A stretch of 64,000 bases of DNA, from positions 7,214 through 71,213 of the forward strand of contig CALQZX010000004.1 of the NCBI GenBank assembly GCA_943350175.1. Reading direction: 5' to 3'. Within the stretch, counting starts at the first letter, position 1. The number at the start of each line of letters is the position of its first letter. The translations under genes were made by a program, and so were the position numbers. The notes under the pieces were generated by a model. The model saw only the letters and a program-made list of their open reading frames with translations. It ran no database searches and was not told where the DNA came from. This DNA comes from Parcubacteria group bacterium (GTDB lineage Bacteria; Patescibacteriota; Microgenomatia; UBA1400; PJMF01). Shown here in pieces: positions 40,082 through 47,762 of this stretch.

Positions 40082-41350
40082 ATGAATGAACAAGCATCTC
40101 TTATAACAAGTAGCGACAGACTCCAAATTATAGATCATTTAAATTTGCCGAAAGTTAACATCGGTTCTGAAGAGAGAAGTCGAAAACTTTTAGAACCAAT
40201 AAGAGTATCGCCAGAGCTATGGAGAAAGGCTGCTGAGATAGGAGGCAGAATTTCTGAATTAATCGATAAATTACCCAACTTACTTAAAGATTTTGAGAGT
40301 GCAAAAAATCTTTTTGGCATTACCGAAGAAGTATATAAAACAAGAATTGAACCGTTCTTAAAAATGCCATATCACGTATTATATTTTGGAGTTGATGCCG
40401 TGGTGTCAAATGGCGAAATAAAAATTGTTGAAATTAATCCACAAGCTGCTTCTTTGGGACGCTATGACGAACAGAATAGGCAAATAATTGGTGAAAAAGA
40501 TCCCAATTCATCAATAAGTCCTGCATTATTAGAAGCCATTAATGAAATCTTGCCTCAAAATAAAAGACCTTTGATTATTTCTCACCCAAGCAATGCTTTC
40601 CATGCCAATCATCAGCTTCTGGCACAACAAATAGGCTGCCAAATTGCAACACTGCAAGATTTAGAAGTCTCTGCTAGTGGTCAAATTCACATCAGTGGAA
40701 AAGAAATTGGATTACTATTTAAACAATTTAGCACCAATAACTTATTCGATCAAAGTATTTGTCCAAAACCATTATTTGATGCAATTCAAAACGGAAAAGT
40801 ATTATTAGCTAATAGTCCACTATTTCCATTTTTTGGAGACAAGGTATTTCTTGCAAAATTAGCTGAGTTAGATCCAATGCTTTCCCAGTATTTACCAAAA
40901 ATGGAAGTAATTAGATCAGACGCATCGAGCACTCTTTTTAAAAACATGGGTAAATGGCTGAAAGGCGAAACAAGAGGAGGAAAAGAGATTACATTGGAAC
41001 TTGCAGAATATCGTGGCGGATGGAAACAGAAAGTAATAGAAGCGATAGTAGCAGGTGATTATGAAGCAGCGATCAAAGCAATACCGGATGGATTAACAAG
41101 CAAAACAGCCGAAAGACTCAAGCAATACGCATTAGACGTACATCTCCATGGCACCAACTCTTGGCTTTTACAAGATCATTATCCTCCACAACAAGTAACA
41201 AATTCTGATGGCGATAATCTAAATACTCTCCTAAGAATGTATTTTGTTAGAGATAACAAAAAAACGCCAAGCACATTTATTGAATTTTTTGCTGGGGTCA
41301 AATCAAGGGTAAGCGCTGCTGGATTTACAATACCAGTGAGAAGTATTTAA
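40082..41350 (+). CDS. putative glutathionylspermidine-synthase-like (GspS/YgiC-type) ATP-grasp-related amidoligase
   Basis: YFGVDAVVSNGEIKIVEINPQAAS resembles the RFDF..DG..KLLEyNaDTP block of that family; start taken at MNEQ (ATG 40082) rather than the ORF-track start. Confidence 0.35.
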   Translation: MNEQASLITSSDRLQIIDHLNLPKVNIGSEERSRKLLEPIRVSPELWRKAAEIGGRISELIDKLPNLLKDFESAKNLFGITEEVYKTRIEPFLKMPYHVLYFGVDAVVSNGEIKIVEINPQAASLGRYDEQNRQIIGEKDPNSSISPALLEAINEILPQNKRPLIISHPSNAFHANHQLLAQQIGCQIATLQDLEVSASGQIHISGKEIGLLFKQFSTNNLFDQSICPKPLFDAIQNGKVLLANSPLFPFFGDKVFLAKLAELDPMLSQYLPKMEVIRSDASSTLFKNMGKWLKGETRGGKEITLELAEYRGGWKQKVIEAIVAGDYEAAIKAIPDGLTSKTAERLKQYALDVHLHGTNSWLLQDHYPPQQVTNSDGDNLNTLLRMYFVRDNKKTPSTFIEFFAGVKSRVSAAGFTIPVRSI

Positions 41351-41655
41351 TCTAAATTTCTAAAACCAACATAGGTCATAGCAAGAAGAATGAAAGTAAC
41401 GATGTAAAATTGAAAATGCGAAGGATTTGCCAGGATATTCATCAAGGGAGTGGATTGATTGGAAATTAAATGAAAGACAACGGATAGCGGCAAAGTGAAG
41501 CAAATCCAAGAAATAATGGGGACTTTAATGTGCAATTTGGACATTAGCCAATTTAGAATAGGTGAAATAATTAGAATACCCAGATAAGCAACCACTGTGT
41601 CAAAAATTGCAAACGGTCCTATTTTAAATTGGCGTAAATGTTCCAGAGAAATCAT
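41347..41655 (-). CDS. small membrane protein (3 TM), unknown function
   Basis: ORF plus hydrophobicity. Confidence 0.4.
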   Translation of the reverse strand: MISLEHLRQFKIGPFAIFDTVVAYLGILIISPILNWLMSKLHIKVPIISWICFTLPLSVVFHLISNQSTPLMNILANPSHFQFYIVTFILLAMTYVGFRNLD

Positions 41656-41664
41656 AGTAAAAGC

Positions 41665-41856
41665 TTAGTAAGCTTTTTTTACGCCGCTTGCTAGTGCTTT
41701 TTCAGCATTGTCTTTGGACATCATTGCACAAACAGTTGTTCCACACTTCTCGTGCTTACCTTTGGCCATAAAGCCACCTTTTTCAGTTTTGTGCATCTCT
41801 GGTGCTGACAACTCAACGCCTTTTTCTTTACATTTAACGCAATATCCTGTGATCAT
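41665..41856 (-). CDS. small zinc-ribbon protein (CxxC...CxxxxC), DUF5679-like
   Basis: CVKCKEK...CGTTVC. Confidence 0.45.
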   Translation of the reverse strand: MITGYCVKCKEKGVELSAPEMHKTEKGGFMAKGKHEKCGTTVCAMMSKDNAEKALASGVKKAY

Positions 41857-42194
41857 GACCGCCTTCCTTTAATTATTAATTATCTACGTTCCATTGTAAC
41901 GCCTTTTTAGGATTCTCAATACCCTAAATTAGAACCTATTCGAATTCTTTCTTTTCTATAAAATCTTTTGTGTGAGACTGTGTTTCTAAGCTTTTTCTTT
42001 GCTGGTGTTTAATGGCACACCAATAGGCTTCTGTTTCTCCAGCTATTGCTACGAAAATTGTTCTCTAGACATCAGTTTTAAACAAATAGGAGTATGGTAA
42101 AACTGTTTTTTAATTGTAGGAGTTCTGTGATTCATCCTGGCAGTATAGCAGGAAGTTTCAACATGGTGACGGTTGCTCAATTTCTTTACTCTCC

Positions 42195-42242
42195 GACCAA
42201 GCCGTTACACGGAAAAGGCGGATGAGGTGGTTTTTGATAACC
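42195..42242 (+). repeat. Z-repeat copy 1 (GACCAAGCCGTTACACGGAAAAGGCGGATGAGGTGGTTTTTGATAA)
   Basis: one of three direct copies of a roughly 47-nt element at over 90 percent identity. Confidence 0.8.
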
Positions 42243-42247
42243 AATCA

Positions 42248-42565
42248 TTACCCAACTGGCTCCATTCTGTAGAACATAAGTTCTTGATTGCTATCTATCT
42301 GGGCGAATCTTGGCTTACCTTTTTTCCATTGTCCAAATTCATAATGAATCCCATTAATTTTCCCAAGATACAAAGCGACATGAGTAGGTAAACCAAAATC
42401 AAGGTAAACAATGACATTAGAGTTTCCTCTATTGCCCCTATCATCAACATTCACATCGCCGATTGCCCTGAGTGTTTCGCTTCTAATAGAGCCATATTGA
42501 TTTAGAAAATCATCAATACTAACTGCCTTATTTGAATCTTGCATGCCCAAAAGGTACATGGCCAA
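42248..42565 (-). CDS. hypothetical protein (105 aa)
   Basis: ORF only. Confidence 0.4.
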   Translation of the reverse strand: MAMYLLGMQDSNKAVSIDDFLNQYGSIRSETLRAIGDVNVDDRGNRGNSNVIVYLDFGLPTHVALYLGKINGIHYEFGQWKKGKPRFAQIDSNQELMFYRMEPVG

Positions 42566-42730
42566 CCCAGAACAAACAGAGTTCTCATGATCTCTGCTAT
42601 TTAATTACTCTAATACCTTAGCGTATACCGATGAGCCGAATATCTCTTGGACTCTATTTAAAAATATATCATGAAATTTAGATTGCTCTTCACCACTCAT
42701 AATAATCAGATTATATAAGAAGATGCATTT

Positions 42731-43429
42731 TTATACATGGATTGATTCGCATAATTTAAAAAGAAGTAAGTTGTTATTTTCAAACGACTGCTGCATGAGT
42801 GTGCCCAAATACATGGCCAAGTAATATTCTTGCATATAAAGAAACGACAAACGTTGGTACAAAGTACCCTCACCAGCATCGTGTGGATCATTCATACTAA
42901 AATCCAAAGTAGCTATGCATTTCCTCCTAATTTTTTTGCTAATTTTATTGGGATCATTCAGAGAAACAAGAATCGTATTTAGCGTTACTAAGGTTTCATC
43001 AAATTGAGTTGGTTGGTGACTCTCAGGATCTACACCTGGAATGCGCCCCATTAATGCCTTAACAACCGGATGAGTTCCTCCACCATATTTATATCGTGAT
43101 CCTTTTTCTACAACATCCGTTCCAGCACTGAGTACCTCAATAAAATTATCTAGCCCTAATTCTGTAATGTGTTTTTTTAATGCAATTAAAAACAGTGGGC
43201 TTCTTCCCATATTTTCATCACAAACAATAAGAAATCTGATTTTCCCGTATCGGAATATTCTTTCAGTTAAACTTAGTTCGCACGTGATAATTTGTTTTAA
43301 GATTAGACTTGAATCAATCCCAATCCGTATCAAATCATTAATAAGTCTCTTGATAAAATTGGTTTTATGAGTAGATTCAGCTCCTGTGCAGCACTCTTTT
43401 AAAGACGGCGACATGGAGGAATTATACAC
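42731..43429 (-). CDS. low-molecular-weight phosphotyrosine phosphatase / ArsC(Trx-type)-like protein with roughly 65-aa N-terminal extension, paralog A
   Basis: CX5R(S) P-loop in FLIVCDENMGRS; general-acid DP loop DPHDAG. Confidence 0.55.
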   Translation of the reverse strand: MYNSSMSPSLKECCTGAESTHKTNFIKRLINDLIRIGIDSSLILKQIITCELSLTERIFRYGKIRFLIVCDENMGRSPLFLIALKKHITELGLDNFIEVLSAGTDVVEKGSRYKYGGGTHPVVKALMGRIPGVDPESHQPTQFDETLVTLNTILVSLNDPNKISKKIRRKCIATLDFSMNDPHDAGEGTLYQRLSFLYMQEYYLAMYLGTLMQQSFENNNLLLFKLCESIHV

Positions 43430-43445
43430 TCAATATTTAGACCAC

Positions 43446-43551
43446 TAACAGCTACTGTCACCAGACTAAACTGTCCAGTTGTGGTTATATAAGTAAAAAA
43501 AAAGATTAATATGTAAAGATAAATTTACTATCTTGAAAAAAGCTCCCCGAC
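43446..43551 (+). repeat. degenerate duplicate of the tRNA-Asn downstream flank plus the last roughly 10 nt of the tRNA (att-like direct repeat, copy A)
   Basis: about 80 percent identity to 47680-47772 over about 100 nt, ending in GCTCCCCGAC, the reverse complement of the tRNA acceptor 3' end. Confidence 0.7.
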
Positions 43552-43597
43552 CAAGCCGTTACACGGAAAAGGTGGGTGAGAGAGTTTTTAAATAACA
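43549..43597 (+). repeat. Z-repeat copy 2
   Basis: GACCAAGCCGTTACACGGAAAAGGTGGGTGAGAGAGTTTTTAAATAAC, fused directly to the tRNA-end fragment. Confidence 0.8.
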
Positions 43598-43610
43598 AGA
43601 AAATCGCTAT

Positions 43611-45398
43611 CTAATCCGAGAATAAATATAGATATTGCTCGTAGCCCTCCGCTTGCATTTCCTCTTTTGGCACAAAAAGCAGAGATGCGGAATTTGTGCA
43701 AAACCTGCGACCACCCTCTTCTACAGGACCATCATTAAACACATGACCCACATGTCCAGCGTCACTTCGCACTTCAGTACGAGCTGTGGATAAAGAATTA
43801 TCCTCATGAAGTGTCACTGAGTCGTCGTCGATTGTTCTCCAGAAACTTGGCCAACCAGTGCCTGAGTCATATTTATGTGTACTTGAAAAAAGAGGCTTTT
43901 TCGTAACAACATCAACATAAATTCCTTCTGCCTTGTTGTCCCAATATTTGTTGTTGAAGGGCGATTCGGTGCCATTTTCTGCTACGACATGATAAGCGAG
44001 TGGATCTAAATTTTTAAGTTTTTCCGCCATCTCCTCATCGGTATACTCATAATCAGATTTCTGCTTTTCTTCAAGAAATTTTATTGCAGCATCTTTTGCC
44101 CAAGTCTCCTCTATAAAACCAGCTCTACCTGAACCATTTTTATACTGCTCATAGTGATCTTTAGCTTTTTTATAGTAGTCTTGATGATAATCTTCTGCCT
44201 TAAAAAAATCAGAGAAAGGCAATATTTCTGTAGCTACTTCATTATCAAATAAACCGCTATCTTGCAATCTTTTCTTAGAATCAAGAGCGATGTCCTTTTG
44301 CTTGTCATTATGGAAATAGATGGCAGTTGTGTACTGATGACCCTTATCTGCAAATTGTCCTTCCGCGTCAGTTGGGTCGATGTGTGACCAATACATATCT
44401 AGAATCTTTTCGGTTGAGATCGCTTGAGGGTCATAAGTTATTTGAACAGCCTCTCGATGTGAAGTAGCACCTTTTGATACTTTTAGATAAGATGCATCTT
44501 GCTCATTTCCACCTGTATATCCAGAAACCGCATCTATTACTCCTGTCTGCTCTTGGAAATTTGCCTCAGTGCACCAAAAACAGCCACCTGCCAAAGTTAT
44601 TGTTTCATAATTTTTTTTATTCATATTATTCCTTATAGTAGAATCTTCATTTTTTATATTAATCACTGGCGAAAAACGCTCTATCAGTGATTCTTCAAAA
44701 TCGATTGTTGCTCCATAACCAGAATCAAGAATTGCTGTTTCTAGTTTTTTATCGTATCCAGTCAAAATAGCCACTCCAACTAAAATGATAAGCGCTCCAA
44801 ATATCTGTTTTATGCGAGTAGCTGCTCCCATGTGACTAGTAATTTTCTTTACCAGTTGCCCACCAAAAAAAGCGATTAGTAAAAGCGAGATTGCGAGTCC
44901 AATGGTGAAACCTAAGAGATATACAAATCCTAGTAAAAATCCTGCTGGTAAGATGGTGGCGATAATAAATAAATAGGTTGGCGAACAAGTAGTAAAAACT
45001 GGCCCAAGGGCCAATCCAATAAGAGCATCACCAGCGTAGTTTTTTTTACCAAAACCAACGCCCATTACCTTGCTGCCGGCGTCATGAATTTTTTGTACAA
45101 ATGATATTCGCGACCACAAAGACGGAAAGACGATAACAAGACCGACAAGTATGATCACTACACCAGAAAACACATTCCAAAAACTTTGTGGGATATCGAT
45201 GAGAAGTGTTGAGGCTTTCAGAAGAAGCGTGAAGATAACAACCGATACAGAGAGTGATCCTATCACTACTAGCGATCGCCTTGAAATTCGACGATCATTA
45301 GTTTCGGAAGCACCGATGATGACAGGAAGAAGAGGCAGGACACATGGGGCCAGAGCAGTTAGTATGCCTGCCAGTATTGAGATGAGTAAAAAGATCAT
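43611..45398 (-). CDS. msrAB: tri-domain CcdA/DsbD-like membrane electron transporter - MsrA - MsrB fusion (extracytoplasmic methionine sulfoxide reductase)
   Basis: N-terminal 6-TM CcdA-like with LAPCVLPLLP; MsrA GGCFWCTE; MsrB GRRFCTNSASL with zinc-site cysteines. Confidence 0.8.
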   Translation of the reverse strand: MIFLLISILAGILTALAPCVLPLLPVIIGASETNDRRISRRSLVVIGSLSVSVVIFTLLLKASTLLIDIPQSFWNVFSGVVIILVGLVIVFPSLWSRISFVQKIHDAGSKVMGVGFGKKNYAGDALIGLALGPVFTTCSPTYLFIIATILPAGFLLGFVYLLGFTIGLAISLLLIAFFGGQLVKKITSHMGAATRIKQIFGALIILVGVAILTGYDKKLETAILDSGYGATIDFEESLIERFSPVINIKNEDSTIRNNMNKKNYETITLAGGCFWCTEANFQEQTGVIDAVSGYTGGNEQDASYLKVSKGATSHREAVQITYDPQAISTEKILDMYWSHIDPTDAEGQFADKGHQYTTAIYFHNDKQKDIALDSKKRLQDSGLFDNEVATEILPFSDFFKAEDYHQDYYKKAKDHYEQYKNGSGRAGFIEETWAKDAAIKFLEEKQKSDYEYTDEEMAEKLKNLDPLAYHVVAENGTESPFNNKYWDNKAEGIYVDVVTKKPLFSSTHKYDSGTGWPSFWRTIDDDSVTLHEDNSLSTARTEVRSDAGHVGHVFNDGPVEEGGRRFCTNSASLLFVPKEEMQAEGYEQYLYLFSD

Positions 45399-45399
45399 A

Positions 45400-45909
45400 T
45401 TATTGTAATTGTGATACTAAATTTTCTAACTTTGAACCGCCGCTCCATTTTTTAATCAAATTGCCATCTTTATCCACCTGCACCAAAGTATGCTGAGTAG
45501 TAACGCCATATTTTTTCTTTAATTCTGTCTCCTCATCGTAATCAGTTTTAAGGATAGTAAGCCCATCAGGTATATTGGCTGCATTCTTTTCTATATCAGC
45601 ACTCAACCCACGACATGTTGGACACCACGATGCATGAAAAAAGAGGACTACATCGCCAGTTGCTGCCAAAGCAATTTTTTCTGAACCATATGCTTCGTAA
45701 GAACCTGTCCTAGTTGTTTTATTTTTCTCATCTGCGCTACCTTTTTCAATCATTTTTTCTGGTGCTTGTGCTTCAATTGTTGGCACCTCATCTTTAACCA
45801 CCTCAACTTCTTCAACCATATTTTGCACATCTTTTTTATTACTAGAAAAAACAACAAAGCCTATTCCTAAAAAAAATATTATTAGTGCGATCCCAATATT
45901 TTTGTTCAT
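45400..45909 (-). CDS. membrane-anchored thioredoxin-like protein (TlpA/ResA-type)
   Basis: FHASWCPTCR active site; N-terminal TM. Confidence 0.7.
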   Translation of the reverse strand: MNKNIGIALIIFFLGIGFVVFSSNKKDVQNMVEEVEVVKDEVPTIEAQAPEKMIEKGSADEKNKTTRTGSYEAYGSEKIALAATGDVVLFFHASWCPTCRGLSADIEKNAANIPDGLTILKTDYDEETELKKKYGVTTQHTLVQVDKDGNLIKKWSGGSKLENLVSQLQ

Positions 45910-45912
45910 TTT

Positions 45913-46206
45913 TTATCTTTCTGTTGAAAATAATTTTAATAATTTAGATAAAGCGTTTGATAATTCATTCTTGGCTGGTAGATAACACATCGTCTGACCC
46001 ATTCTATGACCCTCAACTACACCGTTAGCTGATAGATATGCCAGCTGATGCGAAGTTAGTGACTGAGAGATTTGTGCTAATCTTGAAATTTCATTTACAC
46101 ACAGGTCTTTTTCTGCGTTATAAATAATATATAAAATCTTGAGCCTACTTTTATTGCTCAGCATTTTCATCAATATCACTATTTCTGCTTCGTTTTTTAT
46201 CAGCAT
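45913..46206 (-). CDS. ArsR/SmtB-family metalloregulatory transcription factor
   Basis: HTH LCVNEISRLAQISQSLTSHQLAYL. Confidence 0.6.
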   Translation of the reverse strand: MLIKNEAEIVILMKMLSNKSRLKILYIIYNAEKDLCVNEISRLAQISQSLTSHQLAYLSANGVVEGHRMGQTMCYLPAKNELSNALSKLLKLFSTER

Positions 46207-46356
46207 ATTTCAAGTTATGAAGATATGTGATTATATTCATAACTAAATTAATAATAATACGTACGAAAAAATTTTACAATGTCCACATGAATACTTTGAC
46301 AACAATGAAGTGTTGAAACACGAGCAAAAAAATATGAAAATAACTAGAGAATTGGT

Positions 46357-46728
46357 CTATTCAAGCTTCCACCCAAGCAAAGCAAATAAAATAGATTTTT
46401 TTCTTCCTACTATTGGTTCAGCATCAATTTTTAGCACATCTTCTCCCGCAATCTGAACATAGTTTTCAACCCCAGCAGCCGCCACGACTCTTCTTTGCGC
46501 CTGTTTATGACTTCCGCCACCTTTACCACTGGTTATTTCGACATGCATCTCCAGCCCTGTATTTCGATCCACCAAGTAAAAATCTGGAACAGTAACTTTT
46601 TTTAAATTATCACCAAGTTTATTAGCAACTGGCTCTGGAGATCTAATTGGCTTCCCTTCTTGGACATCCAACCCAATTGCCTTGGCATTTTTTCTAAATA
46701 GTCTTTCAGTTATTATCCCTTCTGCCAT
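46357..46728 (-). CDS. hypothetical protein (123 aa)
   Basis: ORF only. Confidence 0.45.
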   Translation of the reverse strand: MAEGIITERLFRKNAKAIGLDVQEGKPIRSPEPVANKLGDNLKKVTVPDFYLVDRNTGLEMHVEITSGKGGGSHKQAQRRVVAAAGVENYVQIAGEDVLKIDAEPIVGRKKSILFALLGWKLE

Positions 46729-46828
46729 AGATTGTTATTCTACATTAACAAAGCAAGTTAAACATTAAATAAAAATTATAAGTAAAATTGCCAATAAAGA
46801 ATCTGATTCCTACAGCTCATGTCACCAT

Positions 46829-46875
46829 GACCAAGCCGTTACACGGAAAAGGTGGGTGAGGTGGTTTATAACATA
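46829..46875 (+). repeat. Z-repeat copy 3
   Basis: GACCAAGCCGTTACACGGAAAAGGTGGGTGAGGTGGTTTATAACAT preceded by ACAGCTCATGTCACCATG, related to the X segment of copy A. Confidence 0.8.
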
Positions 46876-46945
46876 TTCTAAATACACCTCACTCTCCTCA
46901 CCGGCGGTTCTCCTGCAATAAGAGCAGGTAGTATATACCAGCGGT

Positions 46946-47656
46946 ATGAGCATTGAAGAGAATATAGATGAAAATGAATTGCCTCGTAACCAACTTCATC
47001 CGGTAGACGAGTTTTTGCATACTATTCTTTTTAGTTTTGTATTAGACGGTGGTGATAGAATAACATACGATAACTTGAGACATTTGTTTGGGGTTATTGC
47101 TTCATACTACCCCGGCAATAAAGAAAAACTCAGACAAGCTAAACCACAAAAAATTTTAGTGATTTGCGATCAGAATCAAGGTAGAAGCCAAATAGCAGAG
47201 TTTCTCGTTCAGTCATTTGGTGATGTACTAGGCATGAATCTAAAAGTTAAAAGCGCTGGCCAACATGCTACACTTGATAAATATGGAGGTCGGCCTAGTC
47301 CAGTTGTTCGTAAAAACTTAACAAAGTTGGGCATCCCCATTGAAAACGCCACAGTTGATCAGCTTCAAGAAAGCGATATTGACAATGAAACAATAGTAAT
47401 TATATTGAAAAGCTCTTCAGATCTCCCTGAATTTATTTACAATGCTCGTCTTGTTATAGGCGAATATCTAGCAGATCCTTTCCCAGAATCAAAAATTCCA
47501 AAAACTAACGATGAAAGGCTGTTTGAACTATTTGACTCTATTACCTATTTCACGGTCAGCTTTGTATTGAAACTGGCCAAAGCAATTGAAGCTAAAGACA
47601 ATAATCTCAATGACTTCAAAAAATACTTCGCCAGCAAAATTATTCGCAAAAATTAA
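46946..47656 (+). CDS. LMW-PTP / ArsC(Trx-type)-like protein with roughly 65-aa N-terminal extension, paralog B
   Basis: ILVICDQNQGRS (CX5RS) and ADPFPE DP loop. Confidence 0.55.
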   Translation: MSIEENIDENELPRNQLHPVDEFLHTILFSFVLDGGDRITYDNLRHLFGVIASYYPGNKEKLRQAKPQKILVICDQNQGRSQIAEFLVQSFGDVLGMNLKVKSAGQHATLDKYGGRPSPVVRKNLTKLGIPIENATVDQLQESDIDNETIVIILKSSSDLPEFIYNARLVIGEYLADPFPESKIPKTNDERLFELFDSITYFTVSFVLKLAKAIEAKDNNLNDFKKYFASKIIRKN

Positions 47657-47679
47657 ACTTACAATTTTGACAAATAAAT

Positions 47680-47762
47680 GCAGTCCGTGTCACTAGATCA
47701 AGCTGTCCAGCTGGGGTTATGTAAGTGAAAAAGAATTGATATATGAAGCTAAATTAGCTGTC
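47680..47762 (+). repeat. tRNA-Asn 3'-flank segment, copy B, homologous to 43446-43551
   Basis: see copy A. Confidence 0.7.

Noticed and set aside
42173-42391. 72-aa plus-strand ORF starting inside Z-repeat copy 1
   Set aside because: It overlaps the 3' end of the minus-strand gene 42248-42565 and has no features. It is probably spurious.
42195-46875. Z repeat as a riboswitch or cis-regulatory RNA for downstream plus-strand genes
   Set aside because: Only one of the three copies precedes a plus-strand gene. The other two lie 3' of minus-strand genes, so the context does not support a sense-strand leader element.
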